Below, one piece after another: positions 9,207 to 18,564 of a DNA stretch of 46,578 nt. Within the stretch, counting starts at the first letter, position 1; the number at the start of each line of letters is the position of its first letter. Under the pieces are notes generated by a model. The model did no database searches and was not told the origin of the DNA. It saw only the letters and a program-made list of their open reading frames with translations. Source of the stretch: Candidatus Woesearchaeota archaeon (GTDB lineage: Archaea; Nanobdellota; Nanobdellia; Woesearchaeales; JABGUJ01); contig JABGUJ010000003.1 in assembly GCA_018646625.1 (NCBI GenBank), forward strand, positions 292,509-339,086, given 5' to 3'. Position numbers and translations under genes: made by a program.

Positions 9207-10184
9207 TTATTCATAAATCTCAGATGGTTTATATGAATAAGTTGTTGTTCTAAGCAACGTAATAGATTCCACTTTCTTAACTACACCTGCAAATTCGCTC
9301 TTTAAGTCTAGAAGAAAAGACCTCAACTCAGAATTCTCATTAAAATAAACAGTATATTCAACGTCCCAACCACCCACACAACGACCATAAAACGCAATAT
9401 TAGAATGTTGATTAGCATACTCTTCAAACTTCTTAATCACAGAGTCAGATAAATTAGAACAAGAGATAAACACACTAAATCTTTGAAAACCTTGACTAAT
9501 TGGATCTAAAATCATACGATAATACTTAATCACCCCTAACTCTTCCATTTTCTTTATACGATAATTAACAGTATCGATAGGAATCTTTGTTTTTGCACTA
9601 ATCTCAGACAATTTAATTCTAACATTAGGATGTATAAGCCTAGCAATCGCTCTATCTTTATCATCTAGATCTAGTACATGATCATGAGACACTTTTTTTT
9701 CTCTTACAGAATTGGATCTACCAAAAAAATAATTATCCCCATAAGTCTTAGTTCCAATAGTTATAGAAAACTTATAGTCGTGAAAATACTCACCAGTCTT
9801 AGATATGATCTCTCTCAACACAACATCAAAATGTGCAGGATTCTTTGCCATTATAACAAAAGCCAAATCCCAATGCCCAAAACAAGGGGTCACCCATGTC
9901 ACAAGATCGTGTTTCTCGAGAAACGCTATCAAAGCCTGTTCATCCTTACGTGTAATCTTCTCAAAATGCAATAGCACCTTATACGAATGATAACCAAAAT
10001 CAAAACTTGTTACAAAGCTTCTAATTACCCCATTAGAAATAAGCCGTTTAACACGATAATTAACAACCTCTTTAGAACTTCTAACCTCTCTAGCGATCGC
10101 AGAAAAATGCTTCCTAGGATCCCTACTTAAAGCACCTAAGATCTTCTTATCCAACACATCTAATTTCAACACAATACATCTCAA
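9207..10184 (-). CDS. Tandem (duplicated) Lrp/AsnC family transcriptional regulator
   Basis: Two HTH+RAM units: LDVLDKKIL..VVNYRVKRL..GHWD and LDDKDRAI..TVNYRIKKMEELGVI..GGWD. Confidence 0.9.
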   Translation of the reverse strand: MRCIVLKLDVLDKKILGALSRDPRKHFSAIAREVRSSKEVVNYRVKRLISNGVIRSFVTSFDFGYHSYKVLLHFEKITRKDEQALIAFLEKHDLVTWVTPCFGHWDLAFVIMAKNPAHFDVVLREIISKTGEYFHDYKFSITIGTKTYGDNYFFGRSNSVREKKVSHDHVLDLDDKDRAIARLIHPNVRIKLSEISAKTKIPIDTVNYRIKKMEELGVIKYYRMILDPISQGFQRFSVFISCSNLSDSVIKKFEEYANQHSNIAFYGRCVGGWDVEYTVYFNENSELRSFLLDLKSEFAGVVKKVESITLLRTTTYSYKPSEIYE

Positions 10185-10214
10185 AGTCGCAGCCTATTTA
10201 TATCTATTTCGAAT

Positions 10215-10229
10215 TTGATAAAAAATCAA
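10215..10229. promoter_or_regulatory. Candidate Lrp-family operator
   Basis: Inverted repeat TTGAT-AAAAA-ATCAA between the divergent lrp and purA genes. Confidence 0.45.
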
Positions 10230-10295
10230 CAAGGTACTTTTAATTTAATACGCACCCGCCCAAATTGTATCAAAGACCGCACGGAGGGTGTATTG

Positions 10296-11930
10296 ATGAC
10301 AACAGCAACAGGCAGTAGAACGCTCGATGAGACAACAGAAAGACTTCTTGAACAAGTGATAGGAAAACCAAGAGTTAGCAGAAGCGTAGTGGTCCTTGGA
10401 ACTCAATGGGGAGATGAAGGAAAAGGAAGCGAAATAGATCTTTTAACAAATTATGTTGATAATGTTGTAAGATACAATGGTGGAGCAAACGCAGGTCACA
10501 CCATTGTTGTTGATGGAAGAGAAATTATTCTACACGTATTACCCTCAGGCGTATTAAATCCAAACGCAAATATAATTCTAGCAGATGGTGTTGCAGTCCA
10601 ACCTAAAGATATTCTAAGTGAAAAAGCCAGCCTACCAAATGATGTAGATCTTGAAGGCAGACTATTCATTGCAGAAAACGCAAACATCGTTACACCTATG
10701 CACATAAAAGATGATATTGATCGAGAAAATGCAGGAAAGGGCGTTGGCTCAACTAGAAACGGAATACGCCCCTGCTATGTAGACAGAGTAGATAGAATGG
10801 CAGTAACATTTGGAGATGTTCTTAGAAGACCCGAAACTGCAAAAGAAAGAATCCAAATGCAGATTGACAAGTATGGCTATACTGAACAAACTGCAGATGA
10901 AGTTTACGATGCACTGAAAGCAGATGTAGACAAACTTGCAGAATGCATCATAAACACTAGCCGAATGATCAACGAGGAGCTAGAAGCTGGAAGAAACGTA
11001 CTATTCGAAGCAGGCCAAGGAACATTATTAGATGTGTATCATGGCTCCTACAGAAATGTAACTTCATCCATTCCAACTGCAGGCGGAGCGCTAGTCGGTG
11101 CAGGTGTTGGTCCTGAAGCTATTGATGAAGTTATCGGAGTTGCAAAACTAGTAATGACAAGAGTAGGCAACGGACCATTCCCGTCGGAACTTGTTGATGA
11201 ACAAAAACAAAAAGATGACTACATGAAATTCGTTCTCGGAAAAGCAAAGTTAACTCAAGAAGAATTCGATGAATTGGAACCTGCAGAACAAAACGCAGTA
11301 AGAAGAAAATGGTGTGGAAAGTTCAAGCTTCCGAAAAATTACCAATACGTCGTAGATCACATGAGAGACGTAGAAGACCTTATTTCCGGAAAATTCATTT
11401 CTAAAGGAGTCAAGAAAAAACTTGATGACATTCTCGGAACTGAAGATAGAGAAACTGCATACAACCACATAATGGGTATGTACTTCATGAAAGAAGCAGG
11501 AGAATTTGGCGCAACAACCGGAAGACCAAGAAGAACTGGTTGGCTAGACGCAGCCGAGCTAAGATACGCTAAAAGAATTAACGGACTAACAGGTCTTGCA
11601 GTCACAAAACTAGATTGTCTTGGAGATCTAGCACTAGTTAAGATGGTTGTAGGTTATAAACTAGGTGACCAAGAATTCAACGAATTACCAATAGAACATA
11701 TCGAAGACAGAAACCTAAAACCAATTTACGAAACTTTCGAAGGATGGAGTGCAGAAGAAGTCAAAAAAGCAAGAACATTCGAACAACTTCCAGTCAATGC
11801 ACAAAAGTATCTTGCAAGAGTCGCAGAAGTTGCAGGTGTTGGAATCTGCTCCATAGGTGTTGGTCCAGATAGAGAACAGACCATTGAACTCTACAATCCA
11901 ATCACGCAACAAACTCCAGCATACAAATAA
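10296..11930 (+). CDS. purA: Adenylosuccinate synthetase with N-terminal extension and ~90-aa insertion
   Basis: GTQWGDEGKG, GGANAGHT, TRVGNGPFP, EFGATTGRPRRTGWLD, TKLD and GVGPDR motifs. The start is placed at ATG 10296 after GGAGGGTG. Confidence 0.95.
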   Translation: MTTATGSRTLDETTERLLEQVIGKPRVSRSVVVLGTQWGDEGKGSEIDLLTNYVDNVVRYNGGANAGHTIVVDGREIILHVLPSGVLNPNANIILADGVAVQPKDILSEKASLPNDVDLEGRLFIAENANIVTPMHIKDDIDRENAGKGVGSTRNGIRPCYVDRVDRMAVTFGDVLRRPETAKERIQMQIDKYGYTEQTADEVYDALKADVDKLAECIINTSRMINEELEAGRNVLFEAGQGTLLDVYHGSYRNVTSSIPTAGGALVGAGVGPEAIDEVIGVAKLVMTRVGNGPFPSELVDEQKQKDDYMKFVLGKAKLTQEEFDELEPAEQNAVRRKWCGKFKLPKNYQYVVDHMRDVEDLISGKFISKGVKKKLDDILGTEDRETAYNHIMGMYFMKEAGEFGATTGRPRRTGWLDAAELRYAKRINGLTGLAVTKLDCLGDLALVKMVVGYKLGDQEFNELPIEHIEDRNLKPIYETFEGWSAEEVKKARTFEQLPVNAQKYLARVAEVAGVGICSIGVGPDREQTIELYNPITQQTPAYK

Positions 11931-11994
11931 TAGTTAGAATTGGAATAATTTTTTTGATCGATGTAATTACAGATAATTAGACCGAGGTGAACCT

Positions 11995-13683
11995 GTGAGT
12001 ACAGAAGAAAAACCATACTTTGAAGGACGAGATGTTGTATCAATGCGAGACTTCACTCGAGAAGAGATTGATGCCATACTTGATGTTGCGGACGATGTTA
12101 AAAGAGCCATCCACGATCAAAGCGCAGCATCTGAATTTAAACGCAAATACGGTAAAGACATTAATGATCTTTTCCAAGGCATCAAAATTGCGACACTCTT
12201 CAGAGAAAACAGCACTAGAACTAATTTTTCATTTAGAGCTGCAGTGGGAGGACTTGAAGGTTTTGTTGATGGATTTCCTTCTGATGACTATACTTCTTTT
12301 AAAAAAGGCGAGACCTGGGGTCACGCTGTTGCTATGTTCGCGGGCTGGGGTTATGATGCATTGGTATGCAGAACCAAAACTGAAGGAATTCCTAGATGGA
12401 CTCAAGAATATCTAGAGCGCGTTCATGCAAGTATGATTTCGAAACACAAAAGAATGGGACAAGGCTATTCTTATCGTCGTCCAATGATTTTAAATGGAGG
12501 TGATGGGAAGAACCAGCACCCAACACAATGTTTTCTAGATTTATTTACGATGCGAGAAATCGCCCGCATGGAAGGCAAAGAGCTAGACGGTTTAGAAGTT
12601 GCTCTACTTAATGATTTAGCGCATGGAAGAACTAATGCTTCGTTGATGTCTGTTGCACACCTTTTTGATTGGAAATTACATTTTGCTTATCCTGATAGAT
12701 TTGGCCCTCAACAACATAGACTAGACGACCTAATTAGAAATGGAGTTAGCATAGAAGATCATGGTTCTGATTTTAAATCAGCAATGACTGCCGCTTTAAT
12801 CGCATATCACTCCCGACCACAGAAAGAAAGAGTGGGTGTAGGAGAAGATTTAATTTCCATAAAAGAATTAGGTAGAATTAATAGAGTAATGTATGATGCT
12901 TTAGGTATAAACGCACCTTATTTGATGCATCCACTACCAATTGATGCAGAAACTTTTGAAGAAATAGCTTTTGATATTGATAGTCATGAAATGAATTGGA
13001 CAAAAGTGCAGTCATCGAATGGTTTGTATGTTAGAGTTGCATTAATGGCTTTAGGTTTAGGACTTATCGATTCTCAAGCAGATCTACAGGGAAAAGACCT
13101 CATTGAAATTGTAGGTCTTTCTTCTAAAATGTTAGATCTCAGTATTGGTGATAAAGATTTAACTCATGCCCGTTCGGGCGTCATACCAAAGGATGGATTA
13201 GTTATTGATCACATACCCCCAGGAATGTCGCGAAGACTTGATGGTATTCTAGGACTCGAGCAATCCAGGTTACCAATCATATCTTCACGTTATCTTGAAG
13301 TTGATGGAGGCAAACAACCAGAGAAAGACATGGTCAAAATCCATTGTGGTTATGATCTTTCTGAACCCCAATTAGAAGCAATTGCTCTATTAGCACCTGA
13401 TGCCACCGTTAGTGTTGTAAGAGGAGGGAGAGTTGTAAGAAAATATCGCCCGTTAATAGGTAATCATGTCGCAGATAGGGTTACATGTGGCAATGGTGCT
13501 TGCGTGACTAATGTAGGTATTGAACATGTAATACCTAAACATCACTTAGAGTCTTCCGAAAGTGGTCCTGTACTAAGTTGTGAATACTGCGAACATACCG
13601 ACACTGTGCCTAGCGTATATGCCGCAAACCGCTTCAGATATTTATCTCCTGACCATGCATTGATTGGCATAAGACGGCCTTGA
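11995..13683 (+). CDS. pyrB: Fused aspartate carbamoyltransferase catalytic + regulatory chain (PyrBI)
   Basis: FRENSTRT, KKGET, NGGDGKNQHPTQ, RPQKER and HPLP catalytic motifs; C-terminal VIDHIPPG and CGNGAC..CEYC Zn site of PyrI; GAGGTG RBS. Confidence 0.93.
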   Translation: MSTEEKPYFEGRDVVSMRDFTREEIDAILDVADDVKRAIHDQSAASEFKRKYGKDINDLFQGIKIATLFRENSTRTNFSFRAAVGGLEGFVDGFPSDDYTSFKKGETWGHAVAMFAGWGYDALVCRTKTEGIPRWTQEYLERVHASMISKHKRMGQGYSYRRPMILNGGDGKNQHPTQCFLDLFTMREIARMEGKELDGLEVALLNDLAHGRTNASLMSVAHLFDWKLHFAYPDRFGPQQHRLDDLIRNGVSIEDHGSDFKSAMTAALIAYHSRPQKERVGVGEDLISIKELGRINRVMYDALGINAPYLMHPLPIDAETFEEIAFDIDSHEMNWTKVQSSNGLYVRVALMALGLGLIDSQADLQGKDLIEIVGLSSKMLDLSIGDKDLTHARSGVIPKDGLVIDHIPPGMSRRLDGILGLEQSRLPIISSRYLEVDGGKQPEKDMVKIHCGYDLSEPQLEAIALLAPDATVSVVRGGRVVRKYRPLIGNHVADRVTCGNGACVTNVGIEHVIPKHHLESSESGPVLSCEYCEHTDTVPSVYAANRFRYLSPDHALIGIRRP

Positions 13684-13691
13684 TTAGATAC

Positions 13692-13718
13692 CTTTTTATT
13701 ATCTTTTTCTTTTTTTCT
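13692..13718 (+). terminator. Oligo-T terminator after purA-pyrBI
   Basis: CTTTTTATTATCTTTTTCTTTTTTTCT just after the stop codon. Confidence 0.5.
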
Positions 13719-13722
13719 TATA

Positions 13723-14868
13723 ATGAGAGACGTTGTGTATGAACCAAGAGAGGATTCTTTTCTTTTAGAAAAATATGTTAAAAAATTAGCTCTTGGCAAA
13801 GTGCTAGATGTTGGAACTGGTTCAGGCATTCAAGCTTTAACAGCCTCTAGATTAAAGAAAGTCAAAAGTGTTCTGGCAGTTGATATTAATCAGAATGCTG
13901 TTGATGCATTAAAACACACAAAACTAAAAGTTAAAATCTCAAATTTATTTTCAAATGTTAAAGGCGAATACGATACAATAATATTTAACGCACCATATCT
14001 ACCTAATGATCCAAGAGTTAAAGACTTGGCTCTGGACGGAGGAAAAAACGGTTATGAGGTTACCGAGAGATTTCTTAACACATTACCAAATCACCTATCT
14101 AAAAACGGAATTACCATATTATTAATTAGTTCTCTAACCAAAAAAGAATACATTGAATCAGTACTAAACAATAATTTACTAAGTTTCGAAATTCTAGAAG
14201 AAGAAAGCTGTTCTTTCGAAATAATGTATGTATATAAAATCTGGAAAAATAGTTTAAGACTTGAACTTGAAAAAAAAGGAGTTAGAAATCTTTGTAAACT
14301 CACTCACGGCAAGAGAGGAAATATTTTTACAGGTCAATACAAAGATAAAAGAATAGCAGTTAAAGCGAAAAGGGAAGAAAGCGATGCAATGGGCACAATA
14401 AATAGAGAATTTAAAGTATTAAATAGATTGAATAGACACAACATCGGGCCAAATGTTCTATTCTCAGGAGATAATTATTTTGCATATGATTTCATACCAG
14501 GTAAATTCATTCTAGATTATTTTGAGAACTCGTCTAACGAAAGAATAATCACCATTCTAAAGAATGTAATGAAGCAAATGCGAACCTTAGACAAACTAGG
14601 TTTCAACAAAGAAGAAATGCACCACCCATACAAACATGTTATTATAGGTAAAAGAATCGCTTTATTAGATTTTGAAAGGTGTGTTCCAACGGAAAATCCG
14701 CACAATGTTACACAGTTCTGTCAATTTTTGATATCTAATATGTTAAATAATGTGGTTTCTAAGAAAAAGATTAAGTTTGATAAGAAGAAAATAATCGCTT
14801 TGGCTAGAAAATACAAAGCAGAACAATCTGAAGAAAACTTCAAAGAAATATTTAACATAATAAAATGA
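13723..14868 (+). CDS. HemK2/Mtq2-type N5-glutamine methyltransferase fused to an atypical protein-kinase-like domain
   Basis: VYEPREDSFLL, VLDVGTGSG, FNAPYLP and LDGGKNG motifs; then HGKRGNIF, IAVK, KEEMHHPYKHVII and LLDFER (kinase fold). Confidence 0.85.
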   Translation: MRDVVYEPREDSFLLEKYVKKLALGKVLDVGTGSGIQALTASRLKKVKSVLAVDINQNAVDALKHTKLKVKISNLFSNVKGEYDTIIFNAPYLPNDPRVKDLALDGGKNGYEVTERFLNTLPNHLSKNGITILLISSLTKKEYIESVLNNNLLSFEILEEESCSFEIMYVYKIWKNSLRLELEKKGVRNLCKLTHGKRGNIFTGQYKDKRIAVKAKREESDAMGTINREFKVLNRLNRHNIGPNVLFSGDNYFAYDFIPGKFILDYFENSSNERIITILKNVMKQMRTLDKLGFNKEEMHHPYKHVIIGKRIALLDFERCVPTENPHNVTQFCQFLISNMLNNVVSKKKIKFDKKKIIALARKYKAEQSEENFKEIFNIIK

Positions 14869-15161
14869 ATTTTGCAGAAAAAGTATACAAATTATGTAAA
14901 AAGATCCCAAAAGGAAAAGTATCAACCTACAAAGAAATCGCAAGAGCTATGAATTCTAAAGCTTACAGAGCAGTCGGCTCCGCACTAAACAAAAACCCTT
15001 ACTCTCCAAAAGTCCCTTGTCACAGAGTTATCAATAGCAATGGCAAAATTGGAGGCTTCGCTTCAGGTTCTAAGAAGAAAATCAAGTTATTAAGACAAGA
15101 AGGTATAGTGGTTTTAAACAATAGAATAAACTTAAATAAATTTCACCACACATTTAGTTAA
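14865..15161 (+). CDS. ogt: O6-methylguanine-DNA methyltransferase (short MGMT form)
   Basis: IPKGKVSTYKEIA, RAVGSAL, PCHRVI active-site motif. Confidence 0.93.
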   Translation: MNFAEKVYKLCKKIPKGKVSTYKEIARAMNSKAYRAVGSALNKNPYSPKVPCHRVINSNGKIGGFASGSKKKIKLLRQEGIVVLNNRINLNKFHHTFS

Positions 15162-16827
15162 ACGCATCATCAACAAACGCATTCATGGCTTCTTCAACCC
15201 CATTTCTTCTAAATACTTCTCTTGCTTCATCTTCAGTATAGAACAATATTCCTTCTCCCACATATTTCTTTGTGAGAACACCTCGAAATACTGGTGAAAC
15301 ATCTCCAAGCGCCGAAGAAATCTTTCCTTCCGCCATTAACCTATCCCTATGATACTCTAAGAACAGTCTCTTTGCAATCCCGGGCTCTAACCCATACGTC
15401 CGATTCAACTCCAAATTACAAGCTTCAAGTCTTCTTTCAAGCCTGTCTATTTGTCTCTGAAGATCTCTCCTAGGTCTTCCACTTTTGAATTCTGGTCTCT
15501 TGCTTTTTCCCCTCTCGGTATAAAGTCGCAACTTCATTGCATCAGCATTAAAATATGATGCAGGCAGCGCACTACCATATTGATTTATAACATCAACAAG
15601 CATAGCAGTCGTGTTTGGTGCAAGACCACTAATTTCATCAACGACCCCCAAACCCAAATCCCTCATAAATTCATCATGTAAAATCTCAGCATCCAAAACA
15701 ATTTGTTTGATCGATTTTTGCTTATCAGATTGACGAGACAAATAACCTCGCGTAATTTCTTCAAGATCCGACTCATAGGTTCTTCTTTCAGACATGTTAT
15801 GTGCTAACAACATATTGCATGTGTAAGGTGCCGAGACTATCTCAGCTATGGCCCTCGCACCTACTGATTTAGGACGTCTATTTTGTTGTCTCTTGAAACA
15901 ATATTTGTTTATAATATCATAAAGTGCAAGTTTTAACAAACGATACTCATCTCTAACCTGATTAACATCCGCCAGTTCTAATTCTTCAATTTCCGCAGTA
16001 CATATTCCTTTTTTTAATCTTGGATCAGGTCTTGTGCCTTTACCTTCCGCTCTTTCTCTCTCATGTCTAGAAAGTCTTCGTATATTCGTTACTCTACTCG
16101 CAGAACGTGTATCATCAACTTCTTGTAGAAATTGTTTAACCACTAATTCAATCTCATCACTATATACCCCGAAATTAGGCATTCTTGCAGAAGATCTAGA
16201 AGCTCCTGATGAATCACCAGTTCTTATAGCAATATACTGCATTATTGTTCTATGAATACCAGTGTAAATCATATATGAATGATGAAATCCAGTCGGTTCA
16301 TCTTGACTGTCGAAAATAACTTGAAACTCTGGATTAATCGTTACCAGTTTAGAAAAATTACCCCAGTTCCGTGGAGCAATTGTACCACCTTTAAGCCATT
16401 CTCTAGTCTGATCTTCCGAAACATCAACACTAGTATCAACAATTCTACTTTGAAAAGCACGATAGTCACCTAATTCAAAATCCAGCCCACCATCTTTCAG
16501 AATTCTTTCTTCCAATCTTGGCATAGATGAATCAGTTAATCCTCTTAACAAAAGAGTTCTAAGTTTGGGAATCCACAAACCCGCACCGTTCTTTTCAAAC
16601 AAATCTTGTCTTGCAACTTGATATCTGGTACTTTTTTCAAGAGTTGGAATAATATCTTCTAATGTCCTATCTATGCTTTCATTATCAATAACAACCAGAT
16701 CCCCTTCTTGCAAGTCTTTTGCTCTCTTTCTAATATGTTTCTCACCAATTCTGACATAAGCCCATGTTAATTCCCTAACAATAGAACTAACCAAACCTGT
16801 TTCTACAAGTAATGCTTGTCCTTTCAT
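15154..16827 (-). CDS. Hypothetical protein, paralogue of 16829..18523
   Basis: 557-aa ORF with full-length similarity to the neighbouring ORF. Confidence 0.85.
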   Translation of the reverse strand: MKGQALLVETGLVSSIVRELTWAYVRIGEKHIRKRAKDLQEGDLVVIDNESIDRTLEDIIPTLEKSTRYQVARQDLFEKNGAGLWIPKLRTLLLRGLTDSSMPRLEERILKDGGLDFELGDYRAFQSRIVDTSVDVSEDQTREWLKGGTIAPRNWGNFSKLVTINPEFQVIFDSQDEPTGFHHSYMIYTGIHRTIMQYIAIRTGDSSGASRSSARMPNFGVYSDEIELVVKQFLQEVDDTRSASRVTNIRRLSRHERERAEGKGTRPDPRLKKGICTAEIEELELADVNQVRDEYRLLKLALYDIINKYCFKRQQNRRPKSVGARAIAEIVSAPYTCNMLLAHNMSERRTYESDLEEITRGYLSRQSDKQKSIKQIVLDAEILHDEFMRDLGLGVVDEISGLAPNTTAMLVDVINQYGSALPASYFNADAMKLRLYTERGKSKRPEFKSGRPRRDLQRQIDRLERRLEACNLELNRTYGLEPGIAKRLFLEYHRDRLMAEGKISSALGDVSPVFRGVLTKKYVGEGILFYTEDEAREVFRRNGVEEAMNAFVDDAFN

Positions 16828-16828
16828 T

Positions 16829-18523
16829 TTAGATAAATGTATATTCAGATAATATATTCACTGCCGCAGGGTCTATATAATATTTATCAAGAATTTGCCG
16901 AGCTTCACGTCTTGTAAAGAACGATACACCATTTCGTTCATAGACTGCTTTTTGTTCTGCCAAACCATCAATTGCTATCTCCTGACCAACACGCATCTCG
17001 GAATCATATGCTGCAAATAGTCTTTTTATATCAACATACCTAAATTCATGTTCTGCTTCAAGTACTTCCCTGTGTCCATGGTATCTATCTCTTTCTCTGA
17101 ATTTTTCTTTTCTTGCTCTCTTTCTCGCCCCATTAACACCACGTCCTCTCGCAGTCTTTAAATCTTCCACTTCAGAAGATAATATTCTATATTTAACTTC
17201 CGCAGTTCTCATATCAAAATAAGTTATTGGTAATGCTCTTCTTAACTGATTCACAACATCAATTAAAGATGCAACTGTGTGTGGCACCAAACTATTTGCT
17301 TCATCAACAATACCAGCTTTTAAGTCACTCTCAAATTTATCATAAAGTCGCGCAAGTCTTTTGTTCATTCTCTCCTCAACTTTATGAGTGCCCCTCAGAG
17401 TAGATCTATATTCTGGACTGCAAACAGTCCTATTGTTTACCAATAATGCTTTTTCAAATCTTGTTTCATGTAGTAGCCTAGTACAAGCATACATGTCAAA
17501 GCAATCTATAAACAAAAGCCGATCTCCTTGATTTTCTGTTTGGTCTGATTGTTCAAATGCATAATTTCTAATTGCATCATACAAAACATTCTCTAAGAAT
17601 TTGTGTTCATTAGCAACAGGCAACAGATCTGACAACTCAATACCATCAACAGCTCCAACCCTAATCCCTCTTTTTAATTTAGGACCACCATTTCTTCCAC
17701 CTTTAGCGGCGCCCTCTGGTTTTTTGTGACCATTACTAACTCTCTTCACACCAGTAACTTGAAATATAGGATGATCATGACTGATTTCAGCAGCGAATCT
17801 TTCAACCGCATGTTCTCTCATACCTCTGTAATCAGATCTACCTTTCGGCCTCTCACGAAGTTTTCCACCCTCAGTTCTTTTTCCTGTTTGTGGCGTCCTA
17901 CCTAAATATTTCATAACAGAAATTCTACTTCCAACCCAAAAAACATAATCCGCATGATAACCAGTTTCTTGTCCATGACTATCTGCAATTTGTTGAAAGA
18001 TTGGATTGATTGTAGCTAAAAACGCAAAGTCGCTCCATGGTTTCATTGCGGCAACATCACCATATAACCAATTTCTTATAGAATATTCACCTTTTTGGAT
18101 TCCGGTTTCATTAACTGCATCAACCATTGCCCTATATTCTTGTTTACTAAAATCCGCACCATCTTCTTTTAGAATTCTATCTTCAAGATCGCCTAATCCC
18201 AAACCTTGTTGCCCATTAATGCCTTCAATAAGATATCTTCTCATTCGAGGAAGCCACAACCCTGCGGAGTTTTGCTCAAATACAGTATCTCTGGCTTGAT
18301 TATATGTAAGAAAATTCTCAAGAACTTGCTTTTCGGCTCTATCAATATCAACATCTACCCTTTCATAATCAGTAACAACCCAATCTCCATCTCGCAAATC
18401 TCCAGCCTTCTTTCTAACATATATTTTGCCAACTCTAACTGTTACCCAGTTATCTCTATGTACAAGAGAATTATTGCCTTCACCAAGGCTTACTAATAGA
18501 GTGCCGTTGTCCATTTTCCCCAA
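16829..18523 (-). CDS. Hypothetical protein, paralogue of 15154..16827
   Basis: 564-aa ORF (TTG 18523 or ATG 18514 start). Shared blocks include AGLWxPxxR, LEx RILKxxGxDF and VDExxxLxPxTxAxLxDVxNQ. Confidence 0.85.
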   Translation of the reverse strand: MGKMDNGTLLVSLGEGNNSLVHRDNWVTVRVGKIYVRKKAGDLRDGDWVVTDYERVDVDIDRAEKQVLENFLTYNQARDTVFEQNSAGLWLPRMRRYLIEGINGQQGLGLGDLEDRILKEDGADFSKQEYRAMVDAVNETGIQKGEYSIRNWLYGDVAAMKPWSDFAFLATINPIFQQIADSHGQETGYHADYVFWVGSRISVMKYLGRTPQTGKRTEGGKLRERPKGRSDYRGMREHAVERFAAEISHDHPIFQVTGVKRVSNGHKKPEGAAKGGRNGGPKLKRGIRVGAVDGIELSDLLPVANEHKFLENVLYDAIRNYAFEQSDQTENQGDRLLFIDCFDMYACTRLLHETRFEKALLVNNRTVCSPEYRSTLRGTHKVEERMNKRLARLYDKFESDLKAGIVDEANSLVPHTVASLIDVVNQLRRALPITYFDMRTAEVKYRILSSEVEDLKTARGRGVNGARKRARKEKFRERDRYHGHREVLEAEHEFRYVDIKRLFAAYDSEMRVGQEIAIDGLAEQKAVYERNGVSFFTRREARQILDKYYIDPAAVNILSEYTFI

Positions 18524-18564
18524 TGTAATTAATCACACTCTTTATTCAAGAAAAATAATGAAAA

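Noticed and set aside
10215..10295. Upstream starts given in the ORF track for purA (also 3385, 23558, 27493, 29527, 42889, 44336)
   Set aside because: Downstream ATGs have better RBS placement or stop/start overlaps; the extensions run through promoters or neighbouring genes.
11193..11501. PurA insertion as an intein
   Set aside because: No N-terminal Cys/Ser block and no C-terminal His-Asn followed by Cys/Ser/Thr.
16690..18420. AxDLxxGDxV motif in the paralogue pair as an intein/Hint domain
   Set aside because: Only this short motif matches; the TxxH block and splice-junction residues are absent.
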